Part shown: one piece after another, positions 14,147 through 30,913 of the stretch
Numbering within the stretch: position 1 is the first letter of the stretch
Layout: every line of letters begins with the position of its first letter
Origin: Octopus sinensis
Lineage: Eukaryota
Length of the DNA stretch: 64,000 bases
NCBI RefSeq assembly: GCF_006345805.1
Contig: NC_043005.1
Span: 94,550,001 to 94,614,000, forward strand
Reading direction: 5' to 3'
The notes under the pieces: model-generated
What the model was told of the DNA's origin: nothing
Seen by the model: the letters and a program-made list of their open reading frames with translations, nothing else
Databases searched by the model: none
Translations under genes and position numbers: made by a program

Positions 14147-14330
14147 TATATATATATAATATATATATATATAGTACACTTGTTAAAACCTATTTCTCCC
14201 GTGGTGTGTTCTTTCATTTTGTGTTCATTGCTTTCATTATATATATATGAACGATACCTTATGTCATATAAAGATTTTTAATCTAGAGCTGCATCTATTG
14301 CAGGACTCAGTATGTATATATATGTGTATA

Positions 14331-14402
<72 letters not shown>

Positions 14403-14756
14403 GTGTGTGTGTGTGTGTGGTGTGTGTGTGTGTGTGTGTGTGTGTACATGTTTTGCATATATATGCATGTCTTTATATCTGCTCACACACTTGTCTGTCT
14501 GTCTGTCTGTCTGTCTCTCTATTTATCTGTGTATCTATCTACCTACCCATCTATCTATCCATCTGCCTATACGACTGAATACGTGGATGCATGTAATGTG
14601 TCTATATACATATACATATAAATATACATATAAGCATATATGTAAGTGTTTGTGTAGATGTAAATATATTAAATAGTATACACACGTGTACGTGTGTATG
14701 TGTGTCTGTGCATGTGTATGTATGTATACATAAGTATATATATGTATATATGTGCA

Positions 14757-14787
<31 letters not shown>

Positions 14788-15155
14788 ATATAAGTATATA
14801 TATATGTGTGTGTGTGTGTGTGTCTAGATAGATACAGAAATCGAGACACAGATACATAGATATAATATCAGCACACATCAAAAAATTTAATATGAGGAAG
14901 TAGCGATTAAAGTGGCAGGCTGAACATTCAGACATTTCAGTTGAAATGTGTGTAGATATGGGGGGGGGGGTTGTGTTTACCTTTAAATGCTTTTATAAGA
15001 TTGTTTACGGTTGTAATTATACAGGAAACATCTTTTGGTTTATGGAAAAAACGGGGGAACGAGCAATTGCCATCTATCAAAATGGCAGACATGGTGTCAA
15101 AAAATTAGGGAAGACTTATTCAAATATTTTTATTTTCTAAAAAGCTGGTGTTTTG

Positions 15156-15219
<64 letters not shown>

Positions 15220-15339
15220 AGATGCATGTCTGTGTGTATGTATACACACACACTTATATGTATGTAATGTATATATATACATATAAATACACACACACGC
15301 ACATACATACACATGTATATATCTATACCTATATATATA

Positions 15340-15377
<38 letters not shown>

Positions 15378-15718
15378 GCATATACATATATTATACAATA
15401 TTATATATATTTATACAAACATATATATATATATATAATATACATACATATATGCATACATACCTACATGCATACATACATACACACATACATACATACA
15501 TACATACATACATACTACATACATACATACATACATACATACATGATTACTTCATCTTGACAGACGATAGCTGTCCCATCAACACACACCCCACCCCACC
15601 ACACAGCACAATCCTCCCGTTGATGGGCCTTCAGATGACTTTTAAGACCAGCTTCTGACTGACTGATACATACATACATATATATTATATATATATATAT
15701 ATATTATATATATATAAT

Positions 15719-15757
<39 letters not shown>

Positions 15758-15820
15758 CGTTTAAATATTTGTTGTGCAAGATTTATTGGCTAAACTGGCA
15801 ATATGACCATTCCGAAATAT

Positions 15821-15871
<51 letters not shown>

Positions 15872-16183
15872 AAGAGAAAGAGAAGAAGGAGAGAGAGAGG
15901 GAAGGAGAGAGTAGAGTGTATAGATTTTAATATAGAATTCATAATTGTAAGCGGAGAAAAGCTCGTGAACCTGGTGTTTTATCTATTAACTACGATTATA
16001 TAATTCGATCTCATACCTTACACTTTCACCTTCTCATGCTCTCATTTTTGTTCATACCTTCTCGGGAATAAGACAATATTTTTACTTTCACAGAACAGTT
16101 CTTTGGTGGTGCTACTTATTCTAATACATATATTTTGTTGATAATTGTTCATCGCGGCTAATTGGATTTATCTTTAATTCAAG

Positions 16184-16420
16184 ATGTCTGGTAAGAAACC
16201 GTTCAATAGACCTAAATATAGTACTTTGGAAAGGAACTGAAATTCGATTGCCCTGGATATCAAAGATGGTGTTTTAACAAAATCTTAATTCGGGAGGGAA
16301 ACCATCAGCCACGTTGCCAGAACATTAAAGCTTGCGCCGCTTACAGTTAACACGTTAGAGTAGAGATAATTAAGCCAAGAGCTCGATAAGCCACTCCGTT
16401 AACTGCGCGGACCTTACGTT
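16184..16420 (+). pseudogene. Probable Tigger/pogo transposase N-terminal (HTH) remnant
   Basis: Manual translation across stops and frameshifts: MSGKKP...SIALDIK...GRETISHVARTLKLAPLTVNTL...PRAR*ATPLTARTL. This resembles the pogo/CENP-B-type N-terminal HTH pattern. No TIR seen. Confidence 0.5.
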
Positions 16421-16916
16421 TCTGTGTATCTAATGTGACACTTAAAATGGAATTTAGTGAATAGATCGAAAATGAGACTCGACGTAATGGGCCAACAATA
16501 AGCATTATGGTAATTCAGTAAATAAATGAATGAATAAGTAAATAGAAAGTCAAATGTTTGTGTGATGATGTGCAAATAAATGAATAAATAAATAATAAAT
16601 AAATAAAAAGTAAAAAATAAAAAAAAGGAAGAAGAAACTCCAAATAAAAAATGCTTTCTAGCTAGAAAAGTCAAATTTGAATTATGATGCCTCACAAGCA
16701 TTTAAAATTTGCACAGTATGAAAATGACTGGTGAAGCGGAAAACAGACAAACGCATACATTATGTACGTGGAAGATATTGAATGAAACTCTCAAACTGCC
16801 AGATTCCTTAACTCCTCACCTGAAATTAAACGACGTGTGCTGATAATCTACCTGTCTGTCTACCTGTCTGTCTGTCTGTCTGTCTGTCTGTCTGCCTGCC
16901 TGTCTATCTATCTATC

Positions 16917-16947
<31 letters not shown>

Positions 16948-17452
16948 AATCTATCTATCTGTCTGTCTGTCTGTCTATCCGCCTGTCTGTCTGTCTATCT
17001 GTCTGTCTGTCTATCAATAACTCTACCTATCTATTGACTTATTTATCTTCTGGCATATGCGTATGCATGTTTGTATGTATGTATATATTTGTGTGTGCAT
17101 ATACATTTACATATATATATATATTCATTTATACATACATACATACATCTATGATCGGATTGCTATGAAGCGGGTGTACATGTGTGCGTGCGCGCACGTG
17201 TGTTTACAAAAAGACACACATGAGAAGAATTACAAATCAACAGAACTCATTCCATATGTTCATAGAAACCATGTAACTTGCTTATAACATTGCTATTTTC
17301 CTATTGTTGCTTATCGATTTCCGCTGTCATTTGATATCTTCAGAATTTTACATATGCAATTTGGAAGCGCCAGTTTGATGACTTTAACTCAAGAATGAGC
17401 AACATATACGTACGGTACCAGAAATCTACACACACACACACACACACACAGA

Positions 17453-17493
<41 letters not shown>

Positions 17494-17770
17494 TATATAT
17501 GCTCTTTCTCTTTTTAATTTAGAATAAATTTTGAAGGAAAGCATCTTGATTTGTTCATCATCTTTAAATCGTAAGAACATCTTGCAAATTATTGTCTCAT
17601 ATGCCGTGATCATTTGTACTGTATGAACTAAGGAATGGCGTTCTATCTCCAAGAGCCCAAGTTCACCCCTACTTTACTTCAGACGGGTTGGTATATATCT
17701 TGTATGTATGTATGTATGTATGTATGTATGTATGTATGTATGTATGTATGTATGTATGTATGTATGTATG

Positions 17771-18103
17771 TGTTCACGGGTACATAGAAATTCCGGGGTG
17801 GTGTCCAGCGTGCTGAAAGACCACTGGGAGTGAGGCGCTCCTCAGCTTTTGTTAAAGCACGTCTCTAGGAGAAGATCACTCTGATATAAAACCAGATATG
17901 CAGGGAATGGCATTGAACATTTTGGGGATCTTTGGTTTGTGCTAGAGATCACGGCGCTCCCACATCCCTGAGCCTGCGACTCATATTGGCACCAGACATC
18001 TTGCTCCGGCTTGTCTCTGTATAATGTCAATAGAATGGAGAGGGTCTATGAGGTGTTGTGCAAGCCTTATTGGACCTAAAACTTTGCACAGGCATTGCCG
18101 ACC

Positions 18104-18186
<83 letters not shown>

Positions 18187-21100
18187 TATTTTTAGTATAT
18201 ATTTTCTTTATTTTTAGTATATATTATATATATATATATTTTTTTTTTATTCGGAAGTCCTGCAGCGATGGGAAGGTGGTGAAGCATGCAGACCTGACGG
18301 GTTGGAAGCATGTAAGTCAGCGATCTGCACGTAGGCGGCCCATGCTAGATATAAAGTCGTCTCCTTGTCGCCCAAGACAGCGGTAGGATTCGGTTGCTGC
18401 ATGTGTGTCTAAGCAGCTCCATTTGGAGAGGGCACTGCTCATCTGGAGACCGGGGAGGTTCTAGAAAAGGTGAACCAAAAATTGCCTGTCTTTCCATATC
18501 TGGTAAGTTTAGCGCGACTGACGGATGTCCACCCTGCGCTCGAAAAACAAAGAGTCTTTTATCTATAAAATCTGGACGGAACTTAAACATTTCATGTTGG
18601 AATGTGCGTACTCTGTTGGACAACAAGAGTGATTGCAGGCCTGAAAGACGCACTGCACTTGTTGCTCGTGAGCTGAACCGTTATAAAATTGATATAGCTG
18701 CACTGTCAGAGACTCGTATAGAAGGTGATGGTCAGCTTGAGGAAGTAGGAGGCGGATACACCTTTTTTGGAAAGGAAGGCAGAAGGAGGAGCGCAGAGAG
18801 GCTGGTGTTGGTTTTGCAGTCCGATCTGATATCCTGAAGAAGTTGGAAGAGCTCCCTGTTCCTATAAATGAACGTATAATGACCCTACGGTTGCACTTGA
18901 AAGGTAAGCGGTTTGCTACTCTAATAAGTGCCTACTTTGACTAGCTGTGATGAAGATAAAATAATCTTTTATACCCAGGTGAGAGCCATACTTAGAAAAA
19001 TCCCCAATTCTGATAAAGTCATTCTACTGGGGAATTTTAATGCCAGAGTAGGAACAGACTGGCAAACATGGAACTCTCTAGGACGTTTTGGAGTAGGGAA
19101 AATGAATAGCAATGGTCTCATGCTACTGGAGCTTTGCGAAGAACATGGACTTTACATTGCAAGTATTCATTTTGTGCACAAAGGTGATCACACAACAACA
19201 TGGATGCATCCAAGGTCCAAAGTTTGGCACTTGCTGGATTACGTCATCATCCGCAAGCGCGAAATTTATGATATTTGTAGTGTCAAGTCCTTGCATGGAT
19301 CAGAATGCTGGACAGACCACAGTCTGGTGCGAGCAAAGTTCCGAATGGTGATTAGGGCGAAAGAGAGGAGAAGACTAGTCAGCATTCCTCGCCGTCTAAA
19401 TGTCCACAAGGTATATGACGTTGTTGTTAGGAAAGAGCTTCAGACTCGCTTGTCCAGCATTGAAACTGCTGCAGGATGGGAAGATTTTCGAGACCAGGTT
19501 GTTCAATGTGCAGCCGAAACACTGGGGTATGTTACTGCCAGACACAGAGACTGGTTTGATGAGAATGATGCTGAAATTCAACGACTATTAGTGGTGAAGC
19601 GCCATGCCCACAGTGTGTTGCTGCACAGAGAACTGCCTACTGTTATAAGTCTAGCACTTGCCCATTATAACAGTGTAAAATCACTACTGCAGCGATCTCT
19701 CAGGAAGATGCAGAACACTTGGTGGGAGGATCTTGCTCGTGATGTTCAGGCTGCTGCTGATGCAAATGACAGCAAGAAGCTTTACCATCTTATGAAGCGA
19801 GCTTATGGACCTAAGAGCTCCACATCAGCTCCTTTGCTTTCCAAGGAGTCTTCCACTATGTTTACTAAATCAACAGAAATCACAGGTCGCTGGATCGAAC
19901 ACTTCTCTGAACTCCTAAACCATGAGTCAGTTGTGGATAAAACAGTGATTGATACTATGAAACAAAGACCTATCATTGACTCCTTAGACTCCTCGCCATC
20001 AATACATGAAGTAATGACATCAATAAGTAAATTGAATCTTGGTAGGGCACCTGGAAAGGATGGAATTTGTGCTGAGGTCTTGCGATTTGGTGGTAATTGC
20101 ATCACACAGTCCCTTCATGAACTTATTAGTGCAGTCTGGAAGGATGGTGCAATCCCTAAGGACTGGAAGGATACAATTATTCTTCCTCTGTATAAAGGAA
20201 AAGGAGCCAGAACAATGTGTGGTAACTACAGAGGTATTGCTCTACTATCAGCTGCTGGCAAGGTTCTGGCAAATATTCTTCTTACCCGTCTGAATGGGTG
20301 TCTCGTAAATGATGTCCTATCTGAATCTCAATGTGGCTTCCGATCTGGTAGAGGGACAATGGATATGATTTTCACAGCAAGACAGATGCAGGAGAAGTGC
20401 TATGAGCAGAATATGGATCTTGTCCAGGTATTCATTGATTTAACTAAGGCCTTTGATACTGTAAATATCCTGGAATATCTATGGAAAATACTTGGCAAAC
20501 TTGGATGTCCGGATCACTTTGTATCAATAATTAAATCATTTCATGATGGGATGGAGGCTTGGGTCAATGTTGGTGGGCCATGGCAGGACCCATTCCTGTA
20601 GAGAATGGTGTTAAGCAAGGTGACATCCTTGCCCCAACTCTCTTTTCTTTGTACTTTGCTGCTACTTTTACTCATGCTTTTGCTAAGGTTAGCTCTCTGG
20701 GAATATATGTCAGATATCGATCTTCTGGCCGCCTCTTTAATCTTCGCCGATTTTCTGCCAATTCAAAGGTTTCCCAGTCTTTTATTCGTGACCTCCTTTA
20801 TGCAGATGACTGTGACTTAGTCACTCATACAGTGGATGACATGCAAATACTCATGAATTGCATTTCTGCTTCTTGCAGGGCATTTGGACTCAGCATTAGC
20901 CTGCACAAGACTGTTGTGATGTTCCAGCCCTGCACCAGGAAATCCATATATAGAACCAGCTATCTTGGTTGAAGGAACAATTCTGAAGGTAGTAGACAAG
21001 TTTGTCTACCTGGGCAGCACACTCAGCTGTTCTTGCTCCCTGGATGAGAAAATATCTTTCAGGTTGCAGAGAGCAACTAATTCCTTCCGGTCTCTTCAGT

Positions 21101-21820
21101 CTCGTGTCTGGCCCCAACATGGCATCGCAAAGAGAACAAAAGTTGCTGTGTACCGTGCTTGTGTACTGACATCACTTCTCTACTCATGTGAGACATGGAC
21201 TCTGTACAAACGACAGGTCAGGGTCCTTGAACGTTTTCATCAGAGATGTCTCAGACACATTCTCAATGTTGGCTGGACCTCAAAAATTCCAGACACACAG
21301 ATCCTGAGGACAGCTGATATCTTGAGTATTGAGGCGATGGTACACAAGCACCGGTTGCGTTGGACTGGACACCTTATTAGAATAGAGGATAGAAGGATTC
21401 CTAAGCAGATGCTCTATGGAGAACTTGTGAATGGAAGGAGACTCCGGCAGAAACCAAGGCTGCGATTTAAGGACTGTGTCAAGTCCTCGTTAAAGGCCTT
21501 TGATATGCAGGACACTGACTGGGAGAACAATGCCTGTCATCGCCACAGATGGAGGAAGCAGGTTAAGGAGGGGACCGACACTTTTGAGAGAGCACGTATC
21601 CAGCATGAAGAACTTAAGCGAGCTGCGCGAAAGCGCACGGCTCGTATAGTGAATGGGGTAAGCTTGGTCTGCAATGTTTGCAGTCGTGTATGCTTGTCAA
21701 GAGCAGGACTCATTAGCCACCAACGGAGCCGCAAATGCAAAATATAAGTTAGTCCTAGAGCGCACAATATTCCTGAAGGTCGGCAATGGCCTTCCTTGGT
21801 CACGAGTGGACGGCCATCAT
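17771..21820 (+). mobile_element. RTE-clade LINE, near full length, about 4 frameshifts
   Basis: APE domain: ISCWNVRTLLD, IAALSETR, ILLGNFNARVG, HLLDYVI, WTDHSLV. RT domain: NYRGIALLS, QCGFRSGRGTMDMIF, FIDLTKAFDTV, GVKQGDILAP, LLYADD, FVYLGS. C-terminal CNVCSRVCLSRAGLISHQRS. Frameshifts near 18765, 18935, 20575 and 20935. (TATG)n on both flanks. The 5' boundary at 17771 is inferred; secure homology starts about 18575. Confidence 0.93.
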
Positions 21821-21961
21821 GTATGTATGTATGTATGTATGTATGTATGTATGTATGTATGTATGTATGTATGTATGTATGTATGTATGTATGTATGTAT
21901 GTATGTATGTATGTATGTATGTATGCATTTATCTTTGTATATACGTATGAATCATAGGTAA

Positions 21962-22280
21962 AGGTGTGTGGCTTAGTGGTTAGGATATTCGGCTCACGAT
22001 CGTAAAGTCGTGAGTTCAATTCCCGGTGACGCGTTGTGTCCGTGAGCAAGACACTTTATTTCCACGCTGCTCCAGTTCATCAGGCTACTAAATGAGTACT
22101 AAAATGAGTCGTACCTGTATTTCAAAGGACCAGCTTTATCACACTGTGTCACGGTATACTTGTCTGTTAAGGGTATACTTGTCTGTGGAGTGCTCAGCCA
22201 TTTGCACGTTAATTTCATGGGCAAGTTGTTCTGTTGATCGTATCAGCTAGGAAACTCGTCGTCGTAACCGACGGAGTGCT
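21962..22280 (+). mobile_element. tRNA-derived CORE-like SINE (third family)
   Basis: A box tggcttagtgg, B box gagttcaattcc, CORE-like gcgttgtgtccgtgagcaagacacttt, and terminal hairpin cgtcg-taac-cgacg. Confidence 0.8.
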
Positions 22281-22484
22281 TCTCTCTCCTCTACGTATCA
22301 TAATACTAATAGTCTGAGGAATGCAAGTTCGGACCCCAAAGATCGAGCATGTGATATCAAATAACGATCAACTCATTTTATCATTTGTTTACTTTAATTA
22401 TATACGTCTGTTGAGAATAATATGCTACCAATTTGCTGAGATTATTTGAAAATAAATGAATAAATAAATAAACACACATGTATA

Positions 22485-23735
22485 TCAGGTCGTCCCATAA
22501 GTTCTGTCCGATTTTACCCTTTTTAAAACTGAATGTTTTAGAATGTCTAATGGAATTAAAAATTATTTTTATGCATTTGTGTACATTTAAACTACTTAAA
22601 TATTATTTTTCAGAATAATAGAATTAAAATTTCTTTGATTAAAATTAAAATTAAAATTAAAATTCTTTCCCTTTCTAATATGGAAGTATCCAAAGAGCAC
22701 TTAAGGCACATAATGCTTTATGAGTACAAAAAAGGAAACTCTGCAGCCGAAGCAACTCAAAACATACACTCAGTTTATGGGAAAGAATGCTTGAATGAAA
22801 AAACTCGCAGAAGATGGTTTGCAAAATTCAGAAGTGGAGATTTCAGCCTTGAAGATGAAGATCGAACAGGACGTCCAGTTGAGTTTGATGATAAGCTTCT
22901 TGAGGCATTACTTGAAGAAAATCCTGCGTTATCAGTTGAAGAATTGGCAATAAAGCTTAGATCAAACCATACAACTGTTCATCGTCATCTTCAACAACTT
23001 GGAGAGGTTCCTAAACTTGGAAAATGGGTGCCTCATGAATTGTCCGAAAGCAACCGCAAATCCCGAGTTGACATCTTCTCTTCTCTCTATTCTCGTGAAC
23101 TCATTTCACCCTTTTTGGATAGACTTGTGACTGGTGACGAAAAATGGATCTTCTATCGAAATGTTAAACGTCGTAAACAGTGGCTTGGTAAAAAGGAAAA
23201 AGCTCAACCACAAACGAGAAGGGAACTTCATGGAAAAAAAGGTTCTTCTCGCTATCTGGTGGGATTGCAAAGGAGTAATTCCATTTGGATTGTTATCACC
23301 TAATGCAACAATCAATGCTCAAGTCTACTGTCAACCATTAGAGTGTTTGAACCAAGCTTTGAAGAGAAAAAGACCCGCTATAGTGAATTGAAAAGGAGTG
23401 ATGTTTCATCAGTACAATGCGCGACCCCACACTGCAAAGATCACATCACCTTATTCTCTCGACCTTGCTCCTTCAGACTACCATTTGTTTCGTAGTTTAC
23501 AGAATCATTTGAGGGACATAACTTTCGCAAGTCAGGAGAGGAGGTCTAAATTGACATTTCAGAGTTCTTCGCTTTGAAACCAAAAGAGTTTTACATTGAT
23601 TGGATTAAAAAGCTTGTAAAGGAAGTCATAGATAATCAGGGAAAGTACATTGATGATTAAAGTTCAATTAAATATAACATTTGATCACTTCTTTTCTTTA
23701 TTCAAAATTTGGACAGAACTTATGGGATGACCTGA
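22485..23735 (+). mobile_element. Mariner transposon, both ends intact, transposase pseudogene (cecropia/Hsmar1-like by inference)
   Basis: TIRs tcaggtcgtcccataagttctgtcc and ggacagaacttatgggatgacctga, with TA on both sides. ATG at 22680. Motifs WVPHEL, TGDEKW, HQYNARPH (second catalytic Asp now Tyr) and PYSLDLAPSDYHLF. Frameshift near 23240, stop near 23390, internal deletion near 23445. Confidence 0.95.
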
Positions 23736-24057
23736 TATGTGTGTGTGTGTGTATGTATGTATTTTCTTATTCATTTGTCATTTTAATTTCTTATTACTGC
23801 TCTCTATTCGACTTGCGCTCCGTTCTGGAACGTATGAATATTGAGTTCTAAGACCAGGTTAAGGCGTCGAGCTTGTAAAATCGTAGGGACATAATGCTTC
23901 GCGGCATTTCGTTCGTTTTTATGTTCTGTGTTCAAATTCTGCGGAGGTCGACTATGCCTTTCATGCTGGGGTCGATGTAATCAACTCATCCACTCTCTGA
24001 AAATTTCAGAGCGTTTTTCCACATTAGGAAAGATTATTATTATTATTATTATTATTA

Positions 24058-24088
<31 letters not shown>

Positions 24089-24259
24089 TTTTTTTCCTTC
24101 AAATTTTCTTCCGTTTCTCGCCGGGTGTTTTCCGTACACCTAGGGCAGAGAAACTCATTGTATGCATTCCCAGATTACACACGCAAATTCACAGGTAAAA
24201 TATGTATTTAAAAAATTAACAAATAAATAAATTCATGAATGGATGTTGTTTTCACAGCG

Positions 24260-24479
<220 letters not shown>

Positions 24480-26236
24480 TTCAGTAGTTTTATTTTTATA
24501 GCGTGCTTTTACTTCACTACCGAGCGCAGCTCTGTGTGCCTTGGGTATGTGCTGTGATTTGTTGTGATGCTCTGATGGTTATTGTATGGAAAGTGTTCTG
24601 CGTAGGATGTGTGCAGTGCCTAGTAGTGTAATTTTCTGTATGTTATATGTGTTTGTAAGTCCTGGTGTTTTTGTTATGTATTTGTCTGAATATTTTTTTA
24701 TCATGCCTAATGCACCTACTATGATAGGAATTGTTTCTGTTTTCAGATTCCACATTCTAGTTACCTCTATTTCCAGGTCTTTGAATTTTGAGAGTTTCTC
24801 CATTTCTTTTAGAGACACGTTGTCATCAGCCGGTATTGATACATCAATTAAAAATCATTTTTTTTCTTCATGATCTCTGACAACTATATCTGGTCTGTTG
24901 GCCTTAATTTCTCTATCTGTGTGTATCGGCATATCCCAGAGTATGGTTGCTTTCTCGTTTTCTGTGACCTTTTCTGGTGTGTGTCTATACCATCTTTTTT
25001 CTGTTGTTATTCCATAATGTTGGCATAGCTTCCAATGTATGTAGGTTCCAACTCTGTCATGTCTGTGAATATATTCCTTCTTAGCTAGGACTGGGCAGCT
25101 AGAGATAATATGATTTATTGTTTCTTGTCCATCCCCACATATTCTGCAGTTACTTGTAATATTTCTTTTCATTACATGTTTTTGGTAATTTCTGGTGGGG
25201 AGGCTTTGGTCTTGTGCTGCAATTAAAAATCCCTCTGTTTCTGCTTTGAGTCCTGATCTCCTCAACCATTGCTGGGATTTTTCTTTGTCTATTTCTTTTG
25301 CGTTTAGTTTAGTCCAGTATTTACCATGAATGGGCTTTTCTCGCCATCGTTTTATCATGGTTCGTTGCTGTTCTATTTTTAGTTTGGATTTCATTTGTTT
25401 TATAGCTTTTGTTGTTTCTTCATCTTCTTCTTCTTCTTCATGTTTATTAGGTGGTACGATTTCTTGTTTGTATTTGTCAGCTTCCTTAAATACTGAGAAC
25501 AGTTTTTTGTTTTGCTCGTGTTTTGCCGCTATCTGGATCAGTTTTCCTTCTTCTGAAGTAGATATTTTTGCAGTCCTATGGTGGTTATTTTATAGTAGTT
25601 TTCCAGCTGTATAAGGCCTCTACCACCTTCTATACGTTGTATATATAGTCTTTCTATGTCAGATTTTGGGTGATGCATCCTAGATCCTGTCATTATTTTT
25701 CTTGTTTTCCTATCTATTTTGGTCAGTTCATTTCGTGTCCAGTTAAGGATATTATAGCTGTAACTTATAACTGGGACAGCTAAAGTGTTGATACCTATTA
25801 TCTTGTTTTTAGCATTGAGCTCTGTGTTTAGTATTGATCTAACTCATCTATAATATTCTTTTTTTATTTTCTCTTTCATTTGTGTGTGTTGTGTTTTATC
25901 TAGTTCATGGATTCCTAAGTATTTGTAAGTTTGGCTTTGGTCTAATTCTTTTATTTCATTGGTTTTATCTAGTGTGATGTTGTTACTCTTAACTAGTTTT
26001 CCTCTTTTCATGGTTACTTTGGCGCATTTTTCTAATCCAAATTTCCTATCTATTTCTTCGGTAAATCCATGAACTGTCTTTAATAGTGTTTCCAGCTGTT
26101 TGTCATTTGCAGCGTATAGTTTTAGGTCATCCATATATAAAAGGTGGCTGATCGTTTTGCCGTAACATTTATATCCGCATCCAGTTCTATTTAGCATATC
26201 AGATAGAGGTGACAGTGCCAAGCAGATGGTATAGGC
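24480..26236 (-). mobile_element. R4/Dong-type non-LTR retrotransposon, 5'-truncated (copy 2)
   Basis: ORFs with CLALSPLSDMLN, HLLYMDDLKLYA, KFGLEKCAK, and REL domain CRICGDGQETINHIISSCP...RHDRVG...KANRPDIVV. Acidic tract EEEEEDEE at 25416-25439. Flanked by (TTA)n on both sides. Confidence 0.95.
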
Positions 26237-26266
26237 ATTATTATTATTATTGTTATTATTATTATT

Positions 26267-29412
<3,146 letters not shown>

Positions 29413-29413
<1 letters not shown>

Positions 29414-29590
29414 AGCGGCGAACTGGCAGACTCGATTGCACGCCATGCAAAATAATTAGTGGCATTTAGACCGTCTTCAGGTTCTGAATTCCAATTCCAA
29501 CGAGACCGACTTTGTCTTTCATCCTTCCGGAGTCGATAACATAAGTACGAGACGGATACTGGGGTCGATGTAATCGACTTACACCTTCCC
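29413..29590 (+). mobile_element. SINE (8039 family), degenerate
   Basis: gcggcgaactggcagactcg...tctgaattccaattcc...gactttgtctttcatccttccggagtcgata...ggggtcgatgtaatcgactt. Confidence 0.8.
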
Positions 29591-30863
29591 ACAAAGTCGT
29601 TGCTGTTGCTACTGATACTGATGCTGCTGCTGCTTCTATATCTGCTTTAAATTATTAGGAATTGGATATCTTATCAAATGAAATGAATTCACTATTACAC
29701 GGCATTTTTAAAGGTTTTAATCCCTGTACGGGTTAGAAAGATTATAATCAATAAAATCAAATAAAATAAAGCATATCAGTTAGACATCCAAAGCCACCAT
29801 CTTTACAACCACCACCACCACCACCACCACCATCATCACTATCGTATTTACTTACTAATTTAATTGCACTTTGGCGGTTTCATACCTGAAAGCACACCAT
29901 AGAAAAATACATAAACATAAATACACCCATGTATATTATATATACATACATGTGTATACCTTTACATACACACCGCATGTATATATATGTGTGTGTGTGT
30001 ATACGTATGAGCGTATGAGTGCCTGTATATGCATGTGCGTGTGTGTGTGCACGGGCGCTTGTAATGTATCTACATACATATATATTTATATATATATGTA
30101 TATGTACATATATATATATATATATCAATGTGACTATGTAAGTATGTATATATCTATGGAGGGATGGATGGATGGATGATGGGTGGGTGGCCGGATGGAT
30201 AAATGGATGGATGCATGGATGCCTGTATATATGTACAGGTATATATCATATGCACGCACACACTCACGAAGTTATCAAACTATATTAAATCGGAATTTTA
30301 AGTACAAAAACTTGTCCAGTCGTAGCAACAATTTACAAAGTTTGGGCTTTATTCCAATCTATCATGCGTAGCAGCTTATATTTGCTTCACATCTCTTTGT
30401 GTATCCAGGTTTTTTGAGGCATCCTAAACGTCTGTACAGCATATTTAACTTCTCTACGATATATTCCCCATCTGTATAAGATATTTACCAGCAGACACCA
30501 ATAACTTTTATTTATTAACAAAATCAGTTTTTTAACCCTATGCATCTTTCAGATTTGTACGAGATCTTCCCCTTTTAAAGGAAAACTATTTCAACAGCAT
30601 GATACTGTAACCTAAATAATTCTATATATCTTTATCATTTGTAATATTTCTTGTAAATTTTTATTTTTAAGCATCTGTAAGATCTCCAGTTCTTCCGTTC
30701 ATACCTCCTTCTCTCTCTCTCTCTCTTTTCCTCTCTCCCTCACTCTTTCTCCCTCTCCCTTTCTCTCCCTCTGTCTGTCTGTGTCTCTCTCTCCCTCTAT
30801 CTGTCTATCTGTCTCCCTCTCTCCCTCTGTCTGTCCGTCTCCCTCGCTCTCTCTCTCACACAC

Positions 30864-30913
<50 letters not shown>

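Noticed and set aside
18350-18430. Possible HDV-like ribozyme in the RTE leader (tccttgt loop)
   Set aside because: P3 is imperfect and I could not find P1 or P2 partners.
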